DNA of 64,000 bases from a virus, in IMG/VR virus record IMGVR_UViG_3300027836_000007, positions 42,813-106,812 of that record. One strand, given 5' to 3'. Under the pieces are notes generated by a model, which was not told the DNA's origin, searched no databases, and was given only the letters and a program-made list of their open reading frames with translations. Of the stretch, positions 37,003-47,039 are shown piece by piece (position 1 is the first letter of the stretch; every line of letters begins with the position of its first letter). The position numbers and the translations under genes were made by a program.

Positions 37003-40000
37003 TTATCTCTCACGTCGCTGCATAAACATTTTAAATGCTGGGATTGCGCCGTCTGGAATCTTAGTAAGAGTAGTTTTATTTTCCATTCTAATTCCTGAGC
37101 CAGGTAATCCAGGTATTACTGTTGAACTCATGAAGTATGGGCCGCCAACAAATACTGTTCCTGCAATAAAACTACCGGTAAATGTGTTTGCGCCACCTTG
37201 ACTTAAACGTCCTGTTAAGAAAGATTTAACTGCTCGCTGTGTTGGAACAATAGTATCTAAATTAGCTGCAAATGTATTATCTGTACTAAACTGATTAACT
37301 ACAACACTTGCACTTCCAACAGCAATGCCGCCTAAACTTAGTGTTTCTAATCCCGATAATCCAAATTGTGTTGCACTAAGCGTAACTGTACCTGTTGCCT
37401 GTTGTACTCCAAATAATCCACCTACAGTAAAATTACCGTTTTCGTCTGTGCTGGTATAGAATACACGGCCCTGATTTGTTTCAACTGCCTGTTGATTTAC
37501 TCGAGCTGCTTCGCTATCAGTAAACGGATAGTTAGCTCGTTGTTTATTACCGGTGCCTACTAGTAAAAAGTCATGGTTGGTTACACGACACTGACTATAA
37601 AACTGACGTAGCAGTATAGTTGCGCCGTTATCTGGACTTAGCGCCGTTGACATCTCTGGAGATACTTGCACTGTAGCTTCAATAAACGGAGCAGTTGACC
37701 CAAACACTGCCGATGCATTGGTAATTTTATAAATTTGAGGATTGCCTGCAATTGACAAGCTACTGCCTACTAACGGAACTGATACTAAGTTTTTAAGAAT
37801 TAAATTTAGTCCAACTTGGTAAGTGTCTGCATATCCGTTACCAGTAATAGTTACTACAGTAGATGTTGTGTTGTACCCTGTTCCTCTATTGATGAATGTT
37901 GGATTCGCTAGTGTGCCGTTAGAAATTCTAGGAACTAATAGTACTGGCACAGATACGTTGTAGTCTACAAGATTAACAGCCGGTGTTATTGAATAATTTG
38001 ATCCTGGCTCCCATACTGAGACTGAACTAATTACACCACCATCAACCGCTGCTCTGCCTTGTGCTCTAGCTCCTTCGTAAATTGCGGTTGCATTCCCAAC
38101 AGAATCTCCAGTTCCTGTCAATGTTGCAAACACACCAATATTATCACTGGTGAAACCAAATGCTATAGCACTAATACTACCGTATGTTAATGTTCGAGAT
38201 TTCCAATATACTCCATGTTCACTAACCCATGCAGCGGTACTGTCTGAATTTACAGCAACAAACACACCTTGGCCGTATCTTATACTAGTAGCAGACATGT
38301 AATTATTCGATTGTGTCCAATTAACCGCATCAAAGCTAAGTGCAGAACGTAAGCCAGCACCGGATTGTGTAGCTATAAATCTACCAGCACCAAATGCTAC
38401 ATCAGTATATACTGGTGCTCCAACTTCAAATTCTAAACCAAATACAGTACCAGCACTAGTGGATATTGGATTAGTTCCCTGGATAGCGTTAATATAAGTA
38501 GTTGCCAGTGTGAACGACGATTTTCCATTAGTTGCACTAATATAGTATGTTCCGTTTGTTACGGCACCTTGTCCGCCGGTTACAGACAATGCTCCGGATA
38601 TTTTTATACTTTGCCCAATTATTAATTGAGTGTCGGTTATAGTTGTGCAATTAAACTGACCAGCGCCGCCGATAATTGTAACGCCACTGAGTGTTAAATC
38701 ACTTGTTGGTAATGTAGATGCGTTCCATGTCACTCCATTAGTGCTCCAGCTGGTTTGGCCGTTGCTGTTGACTGCAAGGAACACGCCACTACCATAAGTC
38801 AATCCAACCCAATCCCCAATAGAACTAGTAATAGCAGTACTATTGTTAAAATCGTCAAGATGCATTAATAACATAGTATTTGCATCTGAATCAAATTGCG
38901 GGCCGGATGGTGTGAATGCTGTTGTATATCTACTTACACCTCTGGTAACTCGTACTTCGTCAATATATCCAGTAGCTATATTTCCTCCTGTGAATGATGC
39001 TCCTATTCTTATTGGTCTAGCTACATACACATTAGAATCTGTATAAGTTGTAGGAGTCAATATTCCGTTAACGAACAATCTAGTTACACCGCTAGTTCTT
39101 GACACAGCTACATGCGAGAATGCACCTGGCAAAAGAGTCGAGCTAGATGTGATCTGATAAGCATTGTTGACAAATAATCTTATATTTCCAGATGTATCCA
39201 TTTCTAAATAAATTGCTGCTTCGTTAGCAATACTTCGTTGATCAATTAGTACCTGTTGTGTGCCTAATGATGCTGGTCTCCAAAAGAATTCAATAGTAAA
39301 ATCTTCATTGTTATACGCAAATTTTTCATCGCTGGCCACAGTAATATAACTTGAGCCGTCTAAGTATAAGCTAGAAATACCAGTTCTATATTGTGCTGTA
39401 CTTATTACCGGTGCGCCTGTTAATGTTATATCAGTACTGCTTGATAAACTACTTGCATTCCAAGTTAAGCCTTGATTAGTCGAATATGCAGCTCGAGTAT
39501 TATCGCTACTGATGGCTACAAAAGTTCCGTTACCATAAACAATCGAGCTCCAAGTAGAAGTTGTCGGTAGTTGACTAGTTCTCCATCCTAATCCGTTAGA
39601 TGCAGAATATGCTACTAAAGAATCACCTAGTACAACCCAATAACAATTTCCGTATGCAACATTAGTCCACACACCCGATGGTAGTGTCAATTCTGTCCAT
39701 TCTACTCCATCCGTTGATACTGCTCCAACAGTACCTGTAGTTGGTATTGCCATAAAATAATTATCACCGTAGGCAATATGGTTAAATGATCCGGTAAGTA
39801 ATGGGGTTTCTACAGTACCGGATACTTGGCTGTATGGTGGAAGATCGTACACTGTTCTAGGTTCAATAAAATATGCACTAGTAGAATCGAGTGAAATTGC
39901 AGGAGGAGTGCCTTGATTAATGTTATCCCAACCACTTGCTGCCATTTGCATATTACCTACGCCAGACGTCAAGGTTAACGGAGTTCCTGCTTTTGAAGTG

Positions 40001-43000
40001 CTGATTGATATACTTGGGGTTGCTGGATTTGATATATCTATTGCTGTTATATAGTAAACAGTGTAAGAATTAACTCCTCCAAACAAGCTAGTAGAGAAGG
40101 TACCGTTCATAGTGCTAGGATTACCTACGCTGTGCGTAATATTTAATCTAGTACCAGTACTTGTTAATGTCATTGATCCTGTGCCTGCACCTAATGATAA
40201 CGGTTCGGGGCAAGTTCTAGCCTGTATCAAACCATCTTCATCAGTTAAACCAAAAGTATTTGTTTTATCTGAACTAATTGTAATTTGTTTTGATACTACA
40301 TTAATAGTTAAAATATAATATACTGTTTCAGGAACAATATTACCAAATGTTTGTCCAAGTCGTATTCCGCTGAATATGATCGGTTGTCCTACAACAAAAC
40401 CAGTTACTGATTCTAATGTAACTACGTTCGTACCAAAGGTAGTGTTAGTTGCCGTTGTTCTAATAATACTTTCTGTAATATTAAAACTAGTACCATCGAC
40501 AATCTTACTAATGTAATAAGTTACACCCGGTGAAATGGCCGCATCAAAAATTGTTCCGCTGAACACTACTGGGTTCATAGGAATCAAACTTGTTGTTGTA
40601 ACAACTATAGTGTTTGTTGATCCGCCAATTGTCGAAGTCGATGTCAACGTTACCTTGATTGTGGAAATTGTAAAGTTATTTGCATCAATGATATCATTAA
40701 TAAAATAATTTGTTCCTAATATAATTCCGCCCAGTGATACTCCGGTAAATTGAATATTAATATTTGGCACCATGTTTGCTGTTGATGCTGATATAAGGTT
40801 AGAGTATCTTGGATAAGTCATGGTCATAGTTACTGCATTGCTTACCGGTACATTGGTTAACTGTATAGCATTGCCTGATATTGTTGTTGATATTTGTATA
40901 AGATCATTTACATAATCGATATCAACAATATAATATTCAAAACCTGTTGTAATATTAAAACCCGTGCCTGTAAATGTAACTGGCATGTTTAGGAAAAGAC
41001 TATCCGTAGGTATTGAAATAGTATTGGTTGTTCCGCCAACAGTTGCGGTAGCAACAACAGTATCAACCGAAGTTGATGTTGCAGTTGTTGTATAATATGT
41101 TGGAACAAATTGTACTGCTTGATTAACATACCAAGAACTTAACTCAGTTCCGTTAGGCAAGGCTAGTCTATTAAGTGCTGGAGTTGCATTAAACGTTGAT
41201 GTTACTATAGTTACTGGATCAACACTTTCTTTAAGCACTAATGCGGTTTTTCCATCAATTCCGTTTGCATCAGTTGTTGCTAAATTGTTGTAATATGAAA
41301 TAAATCCATATTGTCCGGCACCAGTACCGCCATTAACAAACACACGCATGCCTAAGTAGTTAAAAATTCCTTGATCAGTACCTGCAAGTTTAATAGTATT
41401 TGGACTTCCTTCTTGAGCAGTATTTAAACTAGTTGCATACCCTGCGCCACCAGTGCTGCCATTAGAGTCTGTGGTAATTCTAGAATTAAAAACAGCCTGA
41501 CTACGAATTTCGTCGCCCGATAAAAGAGCGTTGGAGCCGGCTCCAACTACTTGGAAATTTGCGTATGCACTAAATCTATTAATAGTTGTTTCAAGATAAA
41601 AATTTGGAGCAAACGTTGATTCTGATATTTCTAACTGGGCACCGTAAATTATAGAATATGTATTGGCAATTGGTGAGTGTGCGCTTTGCGGGAAGAATTT
41701 ATAAGTTACTGTGTTATTAACGCCAGTTGAATCACTTATTGACATCCACACACGGTACCAGCCAGTTGCTAACGTTTTTTGTGCGCCGTATTGAGTCGGT
41801 GCCGTGCCGCCGTTTGCCGAACTTAAAATACTAGTTCCGCTGTATGGAGTTACTGTATTACTAGTGACGTTGTAGTTGATACCGCTAGTTACAGTAGTTG
41901 TTCCAGAAAATACAGCTTGTATATCAACACTTGATGATGTGCCGGCGAACACATACATGCTTAATGTATATCCTTGATTAGTTCCGGTTGGCACTGTACC
42001 AGACGTTGAAGCAATTGTTGAAATTCCAGTTCCGGCTAAATCGCCAACAACTATTGTTAGATCATTAACAATGTTTTTTCCACCAAGCAGGGCTCCACTA
42101 ATTTTAATGGTATTACCAGATTGATACAATGATCCTGCAATATTTACTGTCACTACGTACCCTGCAGGCGCAATAGTAACATTAAATGTTGCGCCGTCGC
42201 CTGAAGCACCGTCTTGTGTTACACCTGCTAAATTAGTATAGGTATATCCAGCCGGATTAATGCTTACTGATTGTTGAATATATCCAGTTCCAGGTGTGTT
42301 TGTCGAACCAGTAAGTAACCACCCTTCAGTGTAACCGTTAGGAGCAATGTTATTTTTAGTAAATGCAACGTTACTATCGCTAGTCCAAGTAGTAAGGAAA
42401 TCGTTACTCCAATTTAACATATTAGTTGTAGACAAATTATATGCTGAGCCGGCATTGGTATAATTTAATTTTAATACTTGGTCTGTAGTACCAAAAGCAC
42501 TTTGAACGTTGGCTTGAACTTGCTGTGATTGATTATTCACAACACCTGTTAACGGAACTTCTGTTGGGTCAAACCCTTCGCCAATGATGCCAAATGTGCC
42601 GTATGAACTGTTACCGTTAGCTGAACGAATTCTACCGCCATCTTCTGACAAATAGCCTGCATAGCAGTAGTATGAGAATACTGAAATTGCTTCTGTAATC
42701 GCGCCTGGACCTCTACACCATAAGCCAATGCCATCACTTAGTACCATGGTATAGTCGTTTGATACAATCGACTTACTTCCGCCGTTGTGCAAGTATCCAT
42801 CAATCTTTATACCAGCACACCCTTCACCAAACACTGTAATATTTTGAACATATGGGCTTCGACGGGATATCCAAACAGTAGAATCGTTTGGACCGTTTCC
42901 TGGATCTAAGCTGGTATATGCTCCGCCAGTTGTTCTTGCAGTACCAAATTGATTATCTGCTGATACTGTGCCTTTTAACCCAAAGAATGACACGTTACGC

Positions 43001-46000
43001 ATGCCTGAACCGTTACGCATGTAGAACATGTCTTTTAGACAATCACCGGCGTACACTGTCATATTACCAGAACCACTAGTAAATTCTACTAGATTGCCGC
43101 TGGCAGTAAATGTTTGAAGTATTCCAGTTAAAGTTGCATTTGAAGGTTCATAGTAATACACACTGAGAATGTTATCAAATTCTACAGTGCTTAAAGTAAT
43201 TGTGGCAATACTATTAGCCTCTTGAGAAAATGCCGATACAACAGTATTTGCTGGTATTCCAGGGCCTGTTATTTTCATGCCAACTGATAACTTGGTAATA
43301 CTAGTTACATTTGATAGTATGTTGCTGTTAGTTGTTGTACTACCTTTAAATGTAAATGTTGGAGCATCGTTAATTTTTAATGTTGTGCTAGTAATACTGC
43401 TACCTACAACATAGTATGTTTGGCCAGATACAACGCCTCCAAACGTTGTACTTGCATTGTTCACAAACGGGCTGATAAATTGTAAAGGCATTTGATCAGT
43501 CAGCCCAGCAGTACTATTAACAACCATGGTGTTTGATAATGTCCCGTTGCCTGCTGAAAAAGTTTCTTTACAATATAAAGTAATATTAGTAGCTGGTTGG
43601 ATTACAGCACTACGCAATTCGTCTCCAACAACTGCTACGTTTTCTGGAACAATTATTGGAAGAAACTCGTTATACGTACCTGTTTTAACATAGATAGTTG
43701 CAGATATACCTGTATTTGCAGCAGGAAGTAAGTAAGTGTTTTTATTAGATAATGCTGTTAGAATAATATCCATTAAACTTGTAATGTTGGCAGTCGTTAA
43801 TGGTTCTGCTACAAGATCAGTATCGATATATTGATTAACAATGCTGGTAACGGGTACATTATTCAATGTTTGATAGCTAATTAATGCTACATTTTCTACA
43901 ACGCTGGTCATTAAAGTTAGTAAGTAGTCAAGAGCCGGAACATAATATACAACAGATGATTCAACTAAACTGTTTATAAGTTGCGTCTTACTTCCAACAA
44001 AGAAAAACGACAGAGCCGCGGCAACTGATTGACTGTTTCCGCCACGTTTTAAATCATATATAACTGCATCAATAATTTGTGCGGCATCGCGCTGTGCCTT
44101 ATAGGCACTCCATAAACTGTCTGGGTCGAATGGACTAATACTTTCACTCATCTGATAAAGCATCCATTCGTACATTTCTGCAACTAGGTAGGCTTGGTTT
44201 GCTTCTAATAATGTTACAGCATTTTTAAAATAAAATCCTTGATTGATAGTGTCGCAGGCATACTTAATAGTTTTCCAAGGTTGATCCCAGTCAACGCCAT
44301 AATGTGCAGCATCTACTCCAATATTATTGTCAACATAGTATACTGCCGCTATTACATTCAACTTTCTCCAGTTGGGAAGATCGCCTGATACACCTAATAT
44401 GTAAGTATCAATTTCAGTAGTACTGGTAATTGGCAACGTTGACGGTTTATTGTCTTTGAATGTTCTTAGATCTCCTTGAACATTTAAAGAGTTATTAGGA
44501 TCGTGTGCAATTAATACAATCCAATACACAGAAGTAGTATCAGTATCAGGTCTGTAATTTCCTGTGTGATTGTTTATACAAACATACGTTACGTTATTCC
44601 ATTTAACTATATCTCCAACTGCATACGACGCACTCGGGATCCAACGATTGCTCCATTTTTTGCCTGGGATTACTAATGCCCAATATTCTGAGTTTACTCC
44701 TCTGAATGTAATTGGCGAGCCTTGAGTGATAGTGTCGTCTGTATGTTTTGATAATTGAATTGCGTACAGTGTTCCTGTAATAAGTGACGATGCTACAACT
44801 TGATCGGTACTTATCTTCCACGATGTTCCAGAGCCAGATACAATATATACATTACCACTAAAACCTGAAACTATCATTCCAACTGCAAATGTTCCTGTAA
44901 TAGTGCCGGCAAGTGTTAAAATATTTCTATTAGATGGGCTTATTGTAGTTGTACCTGATCCGTATACTCCCGGATCAGTAGTATAACTTACAGTAATACT
45001 GGTAGTAGAACTATCTGTACATGTAACCGATCCGTTATAAGATACATTACTATTTCCAGCTATAGTATATTGTGTATTAATTTCTGGAGCAATTGCCTGT
45101 GAAGGAATTGCAAAAGTAACTAAAAACAGTAATGAATTAGAAGTATCTTTACTAGTAAAAGAGCTAATGGTAATTGGTACTGATGCCGTAACAGTTGCGG
45201 CAGTTGCTGATGCCGTTGATGTGGTGATTGTTGAAACTGTTTGTCCGCTAGTGAGTCCAAGTCCAGATGCTATATTACCAACAGCTATGCCGGCTACAGA
45301 AGTAAGATTTATAATACTACTCGAGGTGCTAGTTGTATAAGACGATACAACTGCACTAGAATTTGGATCCTGTGCTGTATTATTTGTAACTGCTTCATAT
45401 AATACACCGTTGCGAGATACTAAATCACCTGGTGCATAACTCGATCCACCACTCCACATATTTTTTACAGTGTATCCAATGTTAAATAATCCCCAATCAG
45501 TTGTACTAGTATTTGGATCGTTATTTAAATTGTTTGCTGTTTTACTAATATATGCATCACCGCCATACACAACGGTATCGCCGAGTTGATAAGTAGTTCC
45601 TGGTGACCATATTAGGTCAAACATCTGTCCTGGAATCCATAATGTAAAATTATTTGTATCAAATGTAGCAATTGATGTATGATATTGAGTACAAATATAA
45701 ATGTTTGAATCTAGTTTGACTAAATCGTTTAATTTATATCTATAATTAGATTGCCAGTCGCCTAAATACACGTTGCCAGAATAATAAACAGTCCAACTGG
45801 CCTGATTAGCTTCTAATCCAAGTGTAGTGCTAGCGGAACTAACATGATTTGCAATACACTTGTAGACAATTCCACCCCAACGAACAACATCGTTTAATCC
45901 GTATACTGTGTTAGGAGTCCAGTCTGTTTTCCAACCGTCAAATTCTGTATATACGGCCCAGTTTGCTACGTCAGCTGCAAACGTAGTACTTGTGTGTGCA

Positions 46001-46287
46001 ACTATAGATGTATATGTTTTTCCGCCAAAGATAACAATATGTCCAACTCCGTACGAATAATTGGCAGTCCATGGACCAACAACTGTTTTACCATCGGTCA
46101 TTTGTTGCCAGATTGGAAACGTAGCGTACAGATCAGTATAGAAATTTGGGCTTGCTGTATTTGGAATTAAGCAAGAATATGCTTTTCCATCGTTTAAGAT
46201 TACATCATCTCGAGAATATACATTACCTGGAGTCCATGTGCCTGACCAGTTATATCGTAATCTTCCAAGTTTAAATTCTTGTGCCAT
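37003..46287 (-). CDS. Giant multidomain tail fibre/appendage protein (3094 aa), paralogue of the 3761-aa protein, with LamG-like domain
   Basis: Begins MAQEFKLGRL (compare MAEFKLGRI); has the same repeats, beta-helix and C-terminus (HDFLLVGTG...GRVFYTSTDENGNF); contains a DFTIEFFW...GYIDEVRV LamG-like domain. Confidence 0.85.
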   Translation of the reverse strand: MAQEFKLGRLRYNWSGTWTPGNVYSRDDVILNDGKAYSCLIPNTASPNFYTDLYATFPIWQQMTDGKTVVGPWTANYSYGVGHIVIFGGKTYTSIVAHTSTTFAADVANWAVYTEFDGWKTDWTPNTVYGLNDVVRWGGIVYKCIANHVSSASTTLGLEANQASWTVYYSGNVYLGDWQSNYRYKLNDLVKLDSNIYICTQYHTSIATFDTNNFTLWIPGQMFDLIWSPGTTYQLGDTVVYGGDAYISKTANNLNNDPNTSTTDWGLFNIGYTVKNMWSGGSSYAPGDLVSRNGVLYEAVTNNTAQDPNSSAVVSSYTTSTSSSIINLTSVAGIAVGNIASGLGLTSGQTVSTITTSTASATAATVTASVPITISSFTSKDTSNSLLFLVTFAIPSQAIAPEINTQYTIAGNSNVSYNGSVTCTDSSTTSITVSYTTDPGVYGSGTTTISPSNRNILTLAGTITGTFAVGMIVSGFSGNVYIVSGSGTSWKISTDQVVASSLITGTLYAIQLSKHTDDTITQGSPITFRGVNSEYWALVIPGKKWSNRWIPSASYAVGDIVKWNNVTYVCINNHTGNYRPDTDTTSVYWIVLIAHDPNNSLNVQGDLRTFKDNKPSTLPITSTTEIDTYILGVSGDLPNWRKLNVIAAVYYVDNNIGVDAAHYGVDWDQPWKTIKYACDTINQGFYFKNAVTLLEANQAYLVAEMYEWMLYQMSESISPFDPDSLWSAYKAQRDAAQIIDAVIYDLKRGGNSQSVAAALSFFFVGSKTQLINSLVESSVVYYVPALDYLLTLMTSVVENVALISYQTLNNVPVTSIVNQYIDTDLVAEPLTTANITSLMDIILTALSNKNTYLLPAANTGISATIYVKTGTYNEFLPIIVPENVAVVGDELRSAVIQPATNITLYCKETFSAGNGTLSNTMVVNSTAGLTDQMPLQFISPFVNNASTTFGGVVSGQTYYVVGSSITSTTLKINDAPTFTFKGSTTTNSNILSNVTSITKLSVGMKITGPGIPANTVVSAFSQEANSIATITLSTVEFDNILSVYYYEPSNATLTGILQTFTASGNLVEFTSGSGNMTVYAGDCLKDMFYMRNGSGMRNVSFFGLKGTVSADNQFGTARTTGGAYTSLDPGNGPNDSTVWISRRSPYVQNITVFGEGCAGIKIDGYLHNGGSKSIVSNDYTMVLSDGIGLWCRGPGAITEAISVFSYYCYAGYLSEDGGRIRSANGNSSYGTFGIIGEGFDPTEVPLTGVVNNQSQQVQANVQSAFGTTDQVLKLNYTNAGSAYNLSTTNMLNWSNDFLTTWTSDSNVAFTKNNIAPNGYTEGWLLTGSTNTPGTGYIQQSVSINPAGYTYTNLAGVTQDGASGDGATFNVTIAPAGYVVTVNIAGSLYQSGNTIKISGALLGGKNIVNDLTIVVGDLAGTGISTIASTSGTVPTGTNQGYTLSMYVFAGTSSSVDIQAVFSGTTTVTSGINYNVTSNTVTPYSGTSILSSANGGTAPTQYGAQKTLATGWYRVWMSISDSTGVNNTVTYKFFPQSAHSPIANTYSIIYGAQLEISESTFAPNFYLETTINRFSAYANFQVVGAGSNALLSGDEIRSQAVFNSRITTDSNGSTGGAGYATSLNTAQEGSPNTIKLAGTDQGIFNYLGMRVFVNGGTGAGQYGFISYYNNLATTDANGIDGKTALVLKESVDPVTIVTSTFNATPALNRLALPNGTELSSWYVNQAVQFVPTYYTTTATSTSVDTVVATATVGGTTNTISIPTDSLFLNMPVTFTGTGFNITTGFEYYIVDIDYVNDLIQISTTISGNAIQLTNVPVSNAVTMTMTYPRYSNLISASTANMVPNINIQFTGVSLGGIILGTNYFINDIIDANNFTISTIKVTLTSTSTIGGSTNTIVVTTTSLIPMNPVVFSGTIFDAAISPGVTYYISKIVDGTSFNITESIIRTTATNTTFGTNVVTLESVTGFVVGQPIIFSGIRLGQTFGNIVPETVYYILTINVVSKQITISSDKTNTFGLTDEDGLIQARTCPEPLSLGAGTGSMTLTSTGTRLNITHSVGNPSTMNGTFSTSLFGGVNSYTVYYITAIDISNPATPSISISTSKAGTPLTLTSGVGNMQMAASGWDNINQGTPPAISLDSTSAYFIEPRTVYDLPPYSQVSGTVETPLLTGSFNHIAYGDNYFMAIPTTGTVGAVSTDGVEWTELTLPSGVWTNVAYGNCYWVVLGDSLVAYSASNGLGWRTSQLPTTSTWSSIVYGNGTFVAISSDNTRAAYSTNQGLTWNASSLSSSTDITLTGAPVISTAQYRTGISSLYLDGSSYITVASDEKFAYNNEDFTIEFFWRPASLGTQQVLIDQRSIANEAAIYLEMDTSGNIRLFVNNAYQITSSSTLLPGAFSHVAVSRTSGVTRLFVNGILTPTTYTDSNVYVARPIRIGASFTGGNIATGYIDEVRVTRGVSRYTTAFTPSGPQFDSDANTMLLMHLDDFNNSTAITSSIGDWVGLTYGSGVFLAVNSNGQTSWSTNGVTWNASTLPTSDLTLSGVTIIGGAGQFNCTTITDTQLIIGQSIKISGALSVTGGQGAVTNGTYYISATNGKSSFTLATTYINAIQGTNPISTSAGTVFGLEFEVGAPVYTDVAFGAGRFIATQSGAGLRSALSFDAVNWTQSNNYMSATSIRYGQGVFVAVNSDSTAAWVSEHGVYWKSRTLTYGSISAIAFGFTSDNIGVFATLTGTGDSVGNATAIYEGARAQGRAAVDGGVISSVSVWEPGSNYSITPAVNLVDYNVSVPVLLVPRISNGTLANPTFINRGTGYNTTSTVVTITGNGYADTYQVGLNLILKNLVSVPLVGSSLSIAGNPQIYKITNASAVFGSTAPFIEATVQVSPEMSTALSPDNGATILLRQFYSQCRVTNHDFLLVGTGNKQRANYPFTDSEAARVNQQAVETNQGRVFYTSTDENGNFTVGGLFGVQQATGTVTLSATQFGLSGLETLSLGGIAVGSASVVVNQFSTDNTFAANLDTIVPTQRAVKSFLTGRLSQGGANTFTGSFIAGTVFVGGPYFMSSTVIPGLPGSGIRMENKTTLTKIPDGAIPAFKMFMQRRER

Positions 46288-46309
46288 TTTTTATTTTTCC
46301 TTGACTTTA

Positions 46310-46693
46310 TTAGCTAACAATTTGTTCTGGGCCATATGTGTACGCTTGATTAATACGAACAATTAATTCTCCAGCAGCATTTATATAATAATAACAATTT
46401 TTGCTGTCCCATCGATACTGATCAAATTGTAAATTGGTATATGGGCGGCTATGGTCAGATGCTTTTCTCCCGTCAAAAAAGTCAACGCCGTATTCAAAAC
46501 TTTCAAAATTGTTTTCGTATGCGCCGGGAACATTTATTGTAATTGTATCTATGCTAGAAAGTTGGTCTACTTTTGTAAAAAATAAAGTACCGTCATCGGC
46601 GCCAGTATCTTGTCTACGGAGACCGTAGAAGAATCTTGGATTACCTTCCCCTAGTAGTTCAACTGAACTAAGCTGTCCAACATAATATGTCAT
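46310..46693 (-). CDS. Hypothetical (probable virion) protein
   Basis: 127-aa ORF tightly packed in the fibre operon with SD AAGGA; QYRWD...YYIN..GELI.R. Confidence 0.6.
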   Translation of the reverse strand: MTYYVGQLSSVELLGEGNPRFFYGLRRQDTGADDGTLFFTKVDQLSSIDTITINVPGAYENNFESFEYGVDFFDGRKASDHSRPYTNLQFDQYRWDSKNCYYYINAAGELIVRINQAYTYGPEQIVS

Positions 46694-46703
46694 AATTTAT
46701 TCC

Positions 46704-47036
46704 TTATGTAATTGATACATAACTCATTACTAGATCTAAACTAGCATCCTGGCTAGCTGTCATAATGATGCTGGTATTAGTACCAATAATTAATTTTTCG
46801 CCACCGTTAATAACACGTAAACTTTGATTTGGCGGCACTGGGATGCCCTTGATGTAATGAGCACTGTCACCAGTAGTGAGATTTTCTATAAGAATAGTTG
46901 CTAAAATAATACTGTCTGTTAAGTTAGTTAGACTTAGACCAATAACAGTGACACGAGCATTAACAGCCGATGTTAGAGCAGTTGTTGGAGTTGTTCCAAG
47001 TTCTGGTATTAAAGAGTTTCCAAATGTGGTTGCCAT
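46704..47036 (-). CDS. Small beta-rich virion adaptor-like protein
   Basis: MATTF.N, TVIGLSLTN, IPVPPNQSL..I.GGEKLII, SLD.VMSYV.IT. Confidence 0.65.
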   Translation of the reverse strand: MATTFGNSLIPELGTTPTTALTSAVNARVTVIGLSLTNLTDSIILATILIENLTTGDSAHYIKGIPVPPNQSLRVINGGEKLIIGTNTSIIMTASQDASLDLVMSYVSIT

Positions 47037-47039
47037 ATT

